The position numbers were made by a program, and so were the translations under genes. A stretch of 64,000 nucleotides of DNA from the NCBI GenBank assembly GCA_018830005.1, contig JAHJTE010000002.1:139809-203808 (forward strand), in the 5' to 3' direction. This stretch comes from Candidatus Omnitrophota bacterium (GTDB lineage Bacteria; Omnitrophota; Gorgyraeia; JAHJTE01). This document shows, piece after piece, positions 21,727 to 31,818 of this stretch. The notes under the pieces were generated by a model that ran no database searches, had not been told where the DNA came from, and saw nothing but the letters and a program-made list of their open reading frames with translations. Each line of letters opens with the position of its first letter. The stretch's first letter is position 1.

Positions 21727-23300
21727 TGATTAGACTTTGCATCTTTAGATAATTTATATTCAACTGAATCCATTAATGCCTGCCAACTGGCTTCGATAAT
21801 GTTTTCAGAAACGCCTACAGTTCCCCAGGAAGCCTCTTCATCTTGAGATTGAATCAACACCCTTACCTTAGCTGCTGTTCCGGATTTTGCATCCAGAACT
21901 CGAACCTTAAAATCAGATAGGCGCATCTTAGAAAGGGTTGGATAAAAACCTTTTAAAGATTTACGCAAGGCATTATCCAAGGCGTTTATAGGACCATCAC
22001 CTTCAGCAGTAGTATGCTCAATTGCCTTATTGACTTTTAACTTGATAGTTGCCTCACTCACTAGTTTTCCGCTTTGTTTTTTCTCGATAATAACGCGAAA
22101 ACTTTCAAGCTCGAAAAATTTGGAGTGCCTTTTAAATGCCTTTTGTAATAACAAGGCAAAGGATCCATCCGCAGCCTCAAATTGATATCCTTTATGCTCT
22201 AGGTCTTGCAAGAGTTTAAGCAACTTTTCAGCCTCAGGCGACTTTTTCTCCAAATCAAATTCCAGTTCTTTGGCCTTTATAACTAAAGGAGTCTTGCCTG
22301 CTAACTCCGAGACAAGAATCTTCCTGCTATTCCCCACTGCCTCTGGATCAATATGTTCGTAGGTCTTGGGGTTTTTTGTCATTGCATCAATATGCACGCC
22401 TCCTTTGTGAGCAAATGCAGAATGGCCCACAAAGGGGAGATTATTGGGTTGTATGATATTTGCTACTTCACAAATATAACGTGAAACCTCTGTAAGCTTT
22501 TTTAATTGAGCCTCAGATATGCAATTAATCCTAAGTTTTAATTTAGCTATGGCTATAACACTGCATAAGTCAGCATTGCCACAGCGCTCTCCTAATCCAT
22601 TGATCGTTCCCTGTGCCTGAGAACAGCCATTCTCAATTGCAACAATCGAATTTGCAACTGCCAGCCCTAAATCATTATGCGTATGAATTCCCAAGGGAGC
22701 ATTTATCTTAGAGCTAACTTCTTTTATTATCTCTCTAAGTTGGGAAGTAACTGTGCCGCCGTTAGTATCACAAAGCACAAGTAATTTTGCTCCGCTTGCT
22801 GCTGCGACCTCTAAGGTCTTTAGCGCATAATCCCTGTTGGACTTGTAGGCATCGAAGAAATGCTCGGCATCAAAAAATACCTCTCTTTTATTAGAAACCA
22901 GATATTTGATACTCGCCTCGATTATCCTAAGGTTCTCATCAAGACTCACCTTAAGCACATCCTTAACATGTAAATCCCAGGATTTACCAAAAATAGTAAT
23001 TACCTTTGTTTGGGCCTGAAGCAATCTCTTTATGTTCTCATCTGTTAGGACAGTTTTATTTACCCGATGAGTCGAGCCAAAAGCAACTAGTTGACTAAAG
23101 CTTAATGGGTTCTTCTTCAAGATTTCAAATACCTTTCTGTCTTTGGTATTAGACGGCCAACCAGCCTCGATGAAATGGACACCCAGTTCGTCCAAAACCC
23201 TGGCAATCCTGATTTTATCCTCTAGGGAGAAAGAAATACCTTCTGTCTGAGCCCCATCGCGCAATGTGGTATCATATAAGAAAAGTGTTTTAGGTAACAT
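21723..23300 (-). CDS. cimA: (R)-citramalate synthase / 2-isopropylmalate synthase family (CimA-like)
   Basis: LYDTTLRDGAQ, HTHNDLG and LeuA-dimer C-terminal regulatory domain. The overall pattern resembles Geobacter/Leptospira-type CimA. Adjacent to lysC. Confidence 0.7.
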   Translation of the reverse strand: MLPKTLFLYDTTLRDGAQTEGISFSLEDKIRIARVLDELGVHFIEAGWPSNTKDRKVFEILKKNPLSFSQLVAFGSTHRVNKTVLTDENIKRLLQAQTKVITIFGKSWDLHVKDVLKVSLDENLRIIEASIKYLVSNKREVFFDAEHFFDAYKSNRDYALKTLEVAAASGAKLLVLCDTNGGTVTSQLREIIKEVSSKINAPLGIHTHNDLGLAVANSIVAIENGCSQAQGTINGLGERCGNADLCSVIAIAKLKLRINCISEAQLKKLTEVSRYICEVANIIQPNNLPFVGHSAFAHKGGVHIDAMTKNPKTYEHIDPEAVGNSRKILVSELAGKTPLVIKAKELEFDLEKKSPEAEKLLKLLQDLEHKGYQFEAADGSFALLLQKAFKRHSKFFELESFRVIIEKKQSGKLVSEATIKLKVNKAIEHTTAEGDGPINALDNALRKSLKGFYPTLSKMRLSDFKVRVLDAKSGTAAKVRVLIQSQDEEASWGTVGVSENIIEASWQALMDSVEYKLSKDAKSNQ

Positions 23301-23305
23301 TTAAC

Positions 23306-24583
23306 TTACCTCTTTAATAACTTATGGCTGCCTGATTTATTCAGTTTAAATTTAGAATGGAGCGTCCTTACTGCCCTTGTAGCAAATTTTTTATTAATAA
23401 TACAGCATATGCTTATTTCGCTGGTAGAGATCATCTCAATATTTATCTTTTCCTTTGCAAGTGCCTCAAACATCTTTGCAGCTACTCCTGGATGGGACTT
23501 CATCCCTACGCCCACAATCGAGACCCTTGCGATATCCTCATCGCTTAAAACCTCGCTTGCTCCGATTGAACCGGCAACCTTACGCGCTATCTTTAATGCC
23601 TTAGATAAGGCCCCTTTGGGAACAGTAAATGAGATATCTGTTTGTCTAGTGTGGGAAACATTCTGGACTATCATATCAACATTTATATCCGCACTTGATA
23701 GATGTGTAAATATCCTGGCTGCCACACCAGGTCTATCAGGAACATTACAAACAGTAATCTTTGCCTCTGTTTTATTTAAAGTGATACCTCTTATGAGGAC
23801 ATCTTCCATCTTACCTACCTCCTTAATCTTTAAACGCCTCAAGTCGCTAAAAGCCCTTGTAATAAAAGTGCCGTTCTTTTTCTTAAAGGATGAACGTACA
23901 TGAATAGGAACGTGAAATTTTTTAGCAACCTCAATAGAACGTACCTGCAAAACCTGAGCACCTAATGAAGCCATCTCTAGCATTTCGTCATAATTAATAA
24001 ATTTTAATTTTCTGGCATCTTTTACAATTCTAGGATCAGCAGTAAAAACTCCATCCACGTCAGTATAGATTTCGCAAAGCTGGGCATTCAAGGCCTTAGC
24101 CAAGGCCACGGCAGTTAAATCAGAACCGCCCCTGCCTAAGGTCGTAATTTCATCTTGGGCTGTAACTCCCTGAAAGCCAGCTACTATAACTATAGAGCCT
24201 CTTTCTAAATGGCGATTAATTCTACGGCAGTCAATTCTTAAAATTCTTGCATTTGTGTGACGCTTATCAGTAACAATACCAACCTGAGCACCAGTCAAGG
24301 ATACTGCCTCAGAACCTAACTTATGTAGTGCCATTGCCAATAATGATACAGAGATTTGCTCTCCCGTAGAAAGAAGCATATCCATCTCCCGCTCCGATGG
24401 ATTGAGATTAATCTCACCTGCCAAGGAAACTAATTCGTCCGTAGTATCTCCTAAGGCTGAGACGACAACGACTACATCGAAATTCTTACTTCTATATTCA
24501 AATACTCTTTTGGCAACGCGTTTAATCTTGCCAGGATTAGCTACAGAGGAACCGCCAAATTTTAAGATAATCAATTTACGCAT
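23306..24583 (-). CDS. lysC: Aspartate kinase
   Basis: IILKFGGSSVAN N-terminus, amino-acid kinase fold, two C-terminal ACT domains. Confidence 0.9.
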   Translation of the reverse strand: MRKLIILKFGGSSVANPGKIKRVAKRVFEYRSKNFDVVVVVSALGDTTDELVSLAGEINLNPSEREMDMLLSTGEQISVSLLAMALHKLGSEAVSLTGAQVGIVTDKRHTNARILRIDCRRINRHLERGSIVIVAGFQGVTAQDEITTLGRGGSDLTAVALAKALNAQLCEIYTDVDGVFTADPRIVKDARKLKFINYDEMLEMASLGAQVLQVRSIEVAKKFHVPIHVRSSFKKKNGTFITRAFSDLRRLKIKEVGKMEDVLIRGITLNKTEAKITVCNVPDRPGVAARIFTHLSSADINVDMIVQNVSHTRQTDISFTVPKGALSKALKIARKVAGSIGASEVLSDEDIARVSIVGVGMKSHPGVAAKMFEALAKEKINIEMISTSEISICCIINKKFATRAVRTLHSKFKLNKSGSHKLLKR

Positions 24584-26181
24584 TTTATCCTTTTTCTTTT
24601 CATTATCACCTTATAAGATTCAAAAGATAGAATTAAGGCCAAGGCAATCAAGAAAACAGAAATAACCAACAATAGATAATCTGCACTGCGAATATAATTT
24701 ATAATGCCCAGAATAAGCGCTGCAATTGTCGTAACAAGCATAAGGCATGCAGGAATCAAGACATAACGTGCAGGTTTACCTTTAGCCAACAACCAACAAC
24801 TAATAACCAGAAGTGTTAAGGCTGCGACCAGCTGATTACTTGCTCCAAACGCCGGCCATAATTTAGACCATTTACCGCTTAAAGCAAGAAACGAAGCAGG
24901 CAGCAAAATTATTGCTGTGCTAAGATATTTATTTTTGATAGAGGTCAACTCCTCTAGTATATAACGTGCAATCCTGGTTCCAGTATCCAATGTTGTTAGA
25001 ATGAAGGCATTCAAAGTAGTAATGGCAATAAATATGCCGAATCTACCAACAACTACCTCCGAAACTGCCCCAAAACCTTTACCAAAAAGCCCTACTGGCC
25101 CGATATCTTTTATAAGGGCTGCTAAGTTTATTGTCTTGTCAAAACCTGTAAGTGAACCGACTACAATAACTGCCATTAGAGCGACTACGCCTTCAACAAC
25201 CATCGCCCCGTAGCCGATTGCTTTGGCATGTGCTTCGCTTGATAATTGCTTGCTGCTAGTACCACCGGCAATCAAAGAATGAAAACCTGAAATTGCCCCA
25301 CAGGCAACTACGACAAACAACATCGGCCACATTGGACCGGATGAGGTATTATAAGCAATAACTGCACTTTGAGCAATTACAGGCTGAGAAATAACAATAC
25401 TTGAAACTCCCACCAGAATAGTAAAAAACAAAAGAAAACTACTTAAGTAATCCCGCGGCTGAAGCAAGATGTTTACCGGCATTATTGAAGCAAAGAAACA
25501 ATAGACAATTAGGATCAAAGACCACTTTAACATTGCATTTGCACCTATCATAATCGGCGCAAACTCTCCTAAGAGCATCAAACAAAAAAGGCAGACTAGT
25601 CCTAATCCCGTAGCATAGACTATATTCAGATTGCGTTTATAGATTAAAAAACCTATAAGCATCGCAACTGGAATAAGGCCTAAAGAAGGCGAAACTACTT
25701 TAGGCTCATCTACGAATGTCTTGGCACAAAAATAAATAAATACTGCAACAACCAAGATTAAAGCAAGCAGTACAAATATACTAAAAATTATCCTTGCCCT
25801 TTTAGATATTATCTCCTCTGAAACATCAGCTATGGAACGTCCCTCATGCCGAACTGAAACCATAAGCGCAGAGAAATCATGTACGCCACCTATGAATATC
25901 GTACCTAATACTACCCACAATACTGCTGGTAGCCATCCCCATAACGTCAGGGCAATAACCGGCCCGATTATCGGTCCTGCGCCAGCAATAGAAGCAAAAT
26001 GGTGCCCAAAAAGAACAAGTGAATTTTTTGCGGGAACATAATCAATACCATCATTTAATCTTTTAGCAGGTGTAGGACGATTCTTATCAATTCCAAAAAG
26101 CCGCTCTATGACCCCCCCGTAGAATCTATAACCTAAGGCAAACAAAAATAAGGCCGGTATTATAATAAATATCGAATTCAT
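24571..26181 (-). CDS. cstA: Carbon starvation protein CstA family transporter
   Basis: Polytopic membrane protein with the CstA N-terminal signature (FGHHFASIAGAGPIIGPV). Confidence 0.8.
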   Translation of the reverse strand: MNSIFIIIPALFLFALGYRFYGGVIERLFGIDKNRPTPAKRLNDGIDYVPAKNSLVLFGHHFASIAGAGPIIGPVIALTLWGWLPAVLWVVLGTIFIGGVHDFSALMVSVRHEGRSIADVSEEIISKRARIIFSIFVLLALILVVAVFIYFCAKTFVDEPKVVSPSLGLIPVAMLIGFLIYKRNLNIVYATGLGLVCLFCLMLLGEFAPIMIGANAMLKWSLILIVYCFFASIMPVNILLQPRDYLSSFLLFFTILVGVSSIVISQPVIAQSAVIAYNTSSGPMWPMLFVVVACGAISGFHSLIAGGTSSKQLSSEAHAKAIGYGAMVVEGVVALMAVIVVGSLTGFDKTINLAALIKDIGPVGLFGKGFGAVSEVVVGRFGIFIAITTLNAFILTTLDTGTRIARYILEELTSIKNKYLSTAIILLPASFLALSGKWSKLWPAFGASNQLVAALTLLVISCWLLAKGKPARYVLIPACLMLVTTIAALILGIINYIRSADYLLLVISVFLIALALILSFESYKVIMKRKRIKCVN

Positions 26182-27377
26182 TATTTAATAAGATACTTTA
26201 TTAATTCAAATCCTTTATCAAAAACTAATTCTGATTGCCTGGCTATTCTTTCGCTGAACGCCATTGCCTTATCCGCCTCTATACCAGCACCGAATATCAC
26301 AAAGGGAACAGGCTTATTAGTATGCGTACGCAGGCTGATTGGCGTGGGATGATCAGGGGAAACTAAAATACGCACACCAGACATATGCTTTGCTGCCTCT
26401 AGCAGGGGACCAACAATCAAATTGTCAAAACGTTCAATCATAGTAATCTTTTGACGCAGATCTCCGTTATGACCGGCTTCATCAGTTGCCTCGACATGAA
26501 CAAAGACAAAATCACAAGATTGCAGTGCGTCAATCGCATACTGGGCCTTTCCTGAAAAGTTCGTATCGTAATATCCAGTCGCACCTGGCACATCAATAAC
26601 CTTAAGCCCGATTATCTTACCAATACCTTTAATCAGATCAACAGCTGAAATTACAGCTCCCTTAATACCAAAAAGAGATTCAAAACTTGGCATCTTAGGC
26701 AATTGACCCTCACCCCATAGCCAAATCATATTAGCTGGATTCTCTCCTAAGTCAATTCTCACATGATTTACCTTATGATCTTTCAAACAAGAACAAGAAT
26801 CATTCATTAATTTTATCAAAACCTGAGAGCCCTTGCCTTTTGGCAGATTAGTTTTTATGGGCTTGGTCATTATATCATGGGGCGGTTGACATATAATTTT
26901 ACCCTTATCATGAAAGACGGATTTATTGATTACAACCAAATTACGATAACTCGTGCCTGAAAAAAACCTTATGGCATCAGAGCCAATCTTCTTATTCAAG
27001 AATTTAATTAATACCTGGGCCTCTTTTGTACTGATGTGTCCGGCGCTGTAATCAAGTAGCTTATCATCATTACTTGCAGTAATGAGGTTACAACGAAACG
27101 CGACTTCATCCGCGCTCAAATTAATACCAAGATGCGCTGCCTCTAAAGCAGCCCTGCCTGTATAATATTCTAGCGGATCATAACCAAGAAGAGAAAGATT
27201 GGCCACATCAGAAGCTGGCAATAAACCCTTAGGCACAGTTTGAACCATGCCTACCTTCCCAGAACTAGCTAGAAAATCCATATTAGGGGTCTTGGCAACC
27301 TCAAGTGGGGTACGTCCCTTTAATTGGCGTATCTCAACATCCGCCATCCCATCTGGAACAAGAAATATGTATTTCAT
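26181..27377 (-). CDS. ApgM-family metalloenzyme (cofactor-independent phosphoglycerate mutase-like; 'proposed homoserine kinase' subfamily)
   Basis: MKYIFLVPDGMAD... archaeal-type iPGM family N-terminus, about 400 aa. Embedded between thrC and lysC/hom in a cluster that lacks a canonical thrB. Confidence 0.7.
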   Translation of the reverse strand: MKYIFLVPDGMADVEIRQLKGRTPLEVAKTPNMDFLASSGKVGMVQTVPKGLLPASDVANLSLLGYDPLEYYTGRAALEAAHLGINLSADEVAFRCNLITASNDDKLLDYSAGHISTKEAQVLIKFLNKKIGSDAIRFFSGTSYRNLVVINKSVFHDKGKIICQPPHDIMTKPIKTNLPKGKGSQVLIKLMNDSCSCLKDHKVNHVRIDLGENPANMIWLWGEGQLPKMPSFESLFGIKGAVISAVDLIKGIGKIIGLKVIDVPGATGYYDTNFSGKAQYAIDALQSCDFVFVHVEATDEAGHNGDLRQKITMIERFDNLIVGPLLEAAKHMSGVRILVSPDHPTPISLRTHTNKPVPFVIFGAGIEADKAMAFSERIARQSELVFDKGFELIKYLIK

Positions 27378-28027
27378 TTTACTTTACTCACTGTTGTTTC
27401 CAAAATAGAAACCAGTCTTTTAGCTAACATTTGTCGCGAATCTGCCTTTGTAAGCATGCCTTTATGATTAAATACAAAGGATTTCAAGGTATCTTTCTTA
27501 AATGTATTAGCAACTACAATATCAGCACCAGCTGCTTTTTGGGCTAGCCTTGCCTTCTTGATCAATTGTTTTAGGGAACTATTAACCTCTAGCTTAAACA
27601 TTACCAATAGAGATCGCGGACATCTTCTTCTAATCTCTTTTATAATCTTTGGTGCTCTAACTAATTCGATTCTTAGCTTCTTTAGGCTTGAATCTATTTT
27701 TTGCCTAGATTGTCTCTTAACAAGAAAATCAGAGACAGCCGCATTATGGATTATGAAATCAAAGTTATTTTTCTTAATCTCCTCTTGAATCAAAGAACGT
27801 AATTGATTGAAAAAACGAAAATGCCTGATCTTAATGCCCTTGATTCTTTCCTGTTTTAAATCTCTGCTTAATAAAAGATGGACATCTGCACCGCATCTTG
27901 CAGCCTGTCTGGCAATCAATTGGCCTGTCTTTCCAGTGGAAATATTTGTGATTACCCTAACAGGATCAATTGCCACCTGCGTCGGACCAGCTGTAATAAG
28001 AATCTTCTTATCCTTTAGGCCTTTCAC
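27374..28027 (-). CDS. coaB: Phosphopantothenate--cysteine ligase (stand-alone CoaB domain)
   Basis: ILITAGPTQVAIDPVRVITNISTGKTG matches the CoaB (DFP) signature. At 217 aa it has no CoaC flavoprotein domain. Confidence 0.75.
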   Translation of the reverse strand: MKGLKDKKILITAGPTQVAIDPVRVITNISTGKTGQLIARQAARCGADVHLLLSRDLKQERIKGIKIRHFRFFNQLRSLIQEEIKKNNFDFIIHNAAVSDFLVKRQSRQKIDSSLKKLRIELVRAPKIIKEIRRRCPRSLLVMFKLEVNSSLKQLIKKARLAQKAAGADIVVANTFKKDTLKSFVFNHKGMLTKADSRQMLAKRLVSILETTVSKVK

Positions 28028-28031
28028 TTTC

Positions 28032-29102
28032 TTAATATCCGATTTCTTTTAAGACTGCCTTTATCTTGGCTGGAACAGTCTTTGGCTGACTTATTGTCTT
28101 TATTGCCCTGTCAGGGTCTTTCAAACCATGGCCGGTTAAGATACATACAATTTTTGTCTCTCTGCTTGCTGCCCGTTTGAAATAGCCTTGCTTCTTTAAT
28201 TTCAACAGACCAGCAACAGAAGCAGATGATGCAGGTTCAGCAAATATCCCATCATATCCAGCTAAGATTTTGTATGCCTCAATTATCTCTTTATCGCTTA
28301 CAGAATCAATTAAACCACCTGATTCATCCCGCGCTGCCTCTGCCTGAGCCCAGCTAACAGGATTTCCAATCCGAATCGCCGTAGCAATGGTTTCTGGATT
28401 TTTAATAGGCTCACCCTTAACTATGGGTGCTGCTCCCTCTGCCTGAAAACCAAGCATCTTGGGCAGTTGTTTTATCTTTTTGATATCATAAAATTCCTTA
28501 TAACCCTTCCAGCAGGCAGTAATGTTACCAGCATTGCCAACAGGCATCACTTGATAATCCGGAGCCTCCTCAAGAAAATCACAAATTTCAAATGCAGCTG
28601 TTTTCTGTCCTTGGATGCGATAGGGATTTAAGGAATTTACCAGTTGTACGGGGTATTGTGAACTAATTTTACGCACCAATTGCATACAATCATCAAAATT
28701 ACCATCTATTGCTAAAACTGTCGCTCCATGAATTAAGGCCTGGGATAATTTTCCTAAGGCAATTGCACCTTTGGGTATTAAGACAAGGCTGCGCATACCA
28801 GCCTTAGCAGCATAAGCAGAGGCAGAGGCTGAGGTGTTACCAGTAGAGGCGCATATAACTGTTGTCTTGCCTTCTTCTTTTGCCTTAGATATGGCAAGCG
28901 TCATTCCCCTGTCTTTAAATGAAGCTGTGGGATTAAGGCCTTCGAATTTTAAATAAACACTAAAGCCCTCACCAATACAACTACTTAAGTGAGGAGAAAG
29001 AATCAAAGGCGTATTACCTTCACAAAGTGTAATTATGGGTGTTTCTTTGCTTACAGGCAGAAACTCCCTGTAACGTTGGATAACTCCAGCATATTTAATC
29101 AT
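28032..29102 (-). CDS. thrC: Threonine synthase
   Basis: PLP-lysine motif FKDRGMTLAIS; about 356 aa fold-type II PLP enzyme. Confidence 0.9.
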   Translation of the reverse strand: MIKYAGVIQRYREFLPVSKETPIITLCEGNTPLILSPHLSSCIGEGFSVYLKFEGLNPTASFKDRGMTLAISKAKEEGKTTVICASTGNTSASASAYAAKAGMRSLVLIPKGAIALGKLSQALIHGATVLAIDGNFDDCMQLVRKISSQYPVQLVNSLNPYRIQGQKTAAFEICDFLEEAPDYQVMPVGNAGNITACWKGYKEFYDIKKIKQLPKMLGFQAEGAAPIVKGEPIKNPETIATAIRIGNPVSWAQAEAARDESGGLIDSVSDKEIIEAYKILAGYDGIFAEPASSASVAGLLKLKKQGYFKRAASRETKIVCILTGHGLKDPDRAIKTISQPKTVPAKIKAVLKEIGY

Positions 29103-30484
29103 ATCAAATTAATAAATCTATCTACTACCTCCTTATCAAAATGTTTGCCAGCATATTTTAAGAGTTCTTCCTTGGCTTCCTTGCTAGACATAGCCTTACG
29201 GTAAGGTCTATTGCTGACCATGGCATCAAATGCATCAACCACTGTTAAGATCTTTGTCATTAATGATATCTCATCGCCTTTAAGGCCATCTGGATATCCA
29301 GTTCCGTCTATCCATTCGTGATGATGACGTACTATATTACATAAGGGTCGTAGCGAAGCTATTGGTTTTAATATATTTTCGCCAATTCTTGGATGTTCTC
29401 TGATCATATCTAATTCTGGCTTACTTAATCGATTTGCCTTTCTTAAGATCTCATCACTCGTTCCGATTTTTCCTACATCATGCAAGACACAGGCATCGCT
29501 AAGTAGCTTCTTTGATTTTTCATCCAAAGAAAATGCATCTGCAAGACACAAGGAATATTCAGCCATGCGCTTAGAATGGCCGCGAGTATAAGGATCACGT
29601 GCCTCAACCGCCATAGCCAAAGCAGATATTGTCTGAATATAAGTACTCTCAGCATCCTTGTGCAGACGATGATTTTCAATCGCTGAAGCTGTCTGGTTCG
29701 CAAGCTCTGAAAGCAATATAAGATCATCTTTATTGAATGCCTTATTCTCATCCTTTTCTTGTACAGTAAAAACCCCAATTACGCGATTGCCATATTTTAA
29801 GGGCACGGCCATAAATGAAGCCTCATCCTCTATAACAGGCACAAGCAATGCCTTTCCACTCTTGGCAACAGAACCAATAAGGCCCTCACCTACAATAATC
29901 TTCTTATCCGCAATAGCCTGGCCATAGGAGACCTTCACAGACAACTGCTTGCCACCAGGCTCGATAAGAAAAAGACTAGCCTTCCTAGCACGCAAGGAAT
30001 TAGTCATTGTCTCAACGATTAAATGTAAGAATTTATCTATGTCTTCAAAAGACATTATTGCCTCGCCTACCTTTAGTACGATATCCTGCAACAATGCTTT
30101 TGATTTTTCTAATTCCTTTATGTTCGTTTGAAGCTGCTTGGTAATGCGATTAAAGGAAAGCGCAAGTTCCTTGATCTCATTCTCCTCATCAACTTCTATC
30201 TTTTCAGATGCGGTATTACCTTCGACGATTGCCTTTGCCCCTCGATTAATCAATAAAACAGATTTTATGATGCGGCGGATAATTTCAAGGCCTGCTAAAG
30301 CACTTGTGACTAATAAGGGAATTGTCACTTTCATAAATGCTTCTGTCTGAAAATCAATACCAGAAGAAGAGTATACAAAATAAATAATAGCTAAAATAGG
30401 TAAAATCGAGGTCAAAATAAAAGAAAGGGCGATTTTACGCAATAAGCTGTCACTCTTAATTGAGCGCATCTTCAATCTAGCCAT
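29099..30484 (-). CDS. Membrane-anchored HAMP-GAF-HD-GYP c-di-GMP phosphodiesterase
   Basis: Two N-terminal TM segments, HAMP, a GAF-like middle domain, and a C-terminal HD-GYP domain (HDVGKI ... IDGTGYPDGL). Confidence 0.8.
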   Translation of the reverse strand: MARLKMRSIKSDSLLRKIALSFILTSILPILAIIYFVYSSSGIDFQTEAFMKVTIPLLVTSALAGLEIIRRIIKSVLLINRGAKAIVEGNTASEKIEVDEENEIKELALSFNRITKQLQTNIKELEKSKALLQDIVLKVGEAIMSFEDIDKFLHLIVETMTNSLRARKASLFLIEPGGKQLSVKVSYGQAIADKKIIVGEGLIGSVAKSGKALLVPVIEDEASFMAVPLKYGNRVIGVFTVQEKDENKAFNKDDLILLSELANQTASAIENHRLHKDAESTYIQTISALAMAVEARDPYTRGHSKRMAEYSLCLADAFSLDEKSKKLLSDACVLHDVGKIGTSDEILRKANRLSKPELDMIREHPRIGENILKPIASLRPLCNIVRHHHEWIDGTGYPDGLKGDEISLMTKILTVVDAFDAMVSNRPYRKAMSSKEAKEELLKYAGKHFDKEVVDRFINLI

Positions 30485-31794
30485 TACTTTCCTTCAATTC
30501 TAAATGCCACAGGAAATCTTTTTATTACTACAAATCTATGCATCTCTTTCAACGCCTCTTGTACATCCTTCTCCTTTGCTTCATGCGTAAGGATAACTAC
30601 TGGCACGACCTTAGCTCGACGTCTCTCTTTTTGACTTACCGAGGCAATGCTGATGTGGTGTTTTCCCAAGATTCCTGAAATCTTTGCAAGTACACCTGGC
30701 TTATCAATTGCCATGAACCTTAAATAATAACGGCTCATTAATTCTTGCATCTTAGCCAACCTGGCCTTTAAGACAAACCTCGATACTGGTAATCTCTGAC
30801 CAGTATTTGACTTAATATTTAAGGCTACATCTACAACATCACTTACCACTGCTGAAGCTGCTGGCAATTGCCCGGCACCGCGACCATAAAGCAAGACATC
30901 ACCTACTAAATCAGCTGAAATAAATACTGCATTAAATACTCCGGAAACAGATGCAAGCGGATGTCTTTTTGGTAAAAGCGTAGGATGAACGCGTATCTGA
31001 AGCCTTCCCTGTTCAAGTTTAGATATCCCCAATAACTTCACTACATATCCCAACTCTTTTGCATATTGGATATCAATAGGAGAAATTCCCTTAATGCCTT
31101 CTACATAGATATTCTCAAGTCTTACTGCCTTACCAAAAGACAGATAAGTAATTAAGGCCAATTTGTGGGCACAATCTAAGCCGCCGATATCTAAGGCAGG
31201 ATTTCTCTCGGCATAGCCCTTCTTCTTTGCTAGCTTTAGAGCCTGATTAAAATCTATTGCCTCATCAGTCATCTTAGAAAGAATATAATTGGAGGTACCA
31301 TTAATTATGCCATAGATAGCATTAATCTTGTTAGCGACAAATCCCTCCCGGATTACTTTAATGATTGGAACACCAGCCATCACCGAGGCCTCAAAATATA
31401 TATCACAGTTAAACCTCTTTGCTAATTTAAACAGGTCCTCTCCACATTCTGACAATAATGCCTTGTTAGCAGTAACAACAAATTTACCAGAAGATAAGGC
31501 CTTCTTGATGTATTCTTTTGCTGGATGGATTCCACCGATAAGTTCAATTACAATATCAATCTCAGGATCGCCAACTAAATCACGCGCACTAGAGGCAATT
31601 AACTGTTTGGGCACAGAAAATTTCCTTAGAGTGCGTCTATTTATTTCATATACCTTTCTTAAGCGTATATCAATACCGAGTTTAGATTTAAAGAAAGAGT
31701 TGCGACCGCGTAATAGCCTGTATACACCTCTGCCTACGGTGCCAAATCCTATTAATCCTACGTTTATTTTTTTCATAACCACCTCTTTACACAT
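30484..31794 (-). CDS. hom: Homoserine dehydrogenase
   Basis: NAD-binding VGLIGFGTVG, homoserine-dehydrogenase catalytic domain, C-terminal ACT domain. Confidence 0.9.
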   Translation of the reverse strand: MCKEVVMKKINVGLIGFGTVGRGVYRLLRGRNSFFKSKLGIDIRLRKVYEINRRTLRKFSVPKQLIASSARDLVGDPEIDIVIELIGGIHPAKEYIKKALSSGKFVVTANKALLSECGEDLFKLAKRFNCDIYFEASVMAGVPIIKVIREGFVANKINAIYGIINGTSNYILSKMTDEAIDFNQALKLAKKKGYAERNPALDIGGLDCAHKLALITYLSFGKAVRLENIYVEGIKGISPIDIQYAKELGYVVKLLGISKLEQGRLQIRVHPTLLPKRHPLASVSGVFNAVFISADLVGDVLLYGRGAGQLPAASAVVSDVVDVALNIKSNTGQRLPVSRFVLKARLAKMQELMSRYYLRFMAIDKPGVLAKISGILGKHHISIASVSQKERRRAKVVPVVILTHEAKEKDVQEALKEMHRFVVIKRFPVAFRIEGK

Positions 31795-31818
31795 CCGATC
31801 ACAGATTGAACAATTTCA

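Noticed and set aside
29473-29778. 101-aa minus-strand ORF
   Set aside because: It is an alternative frame nested within the HD-GYP gene, and its translation is low-complexity with no start context.
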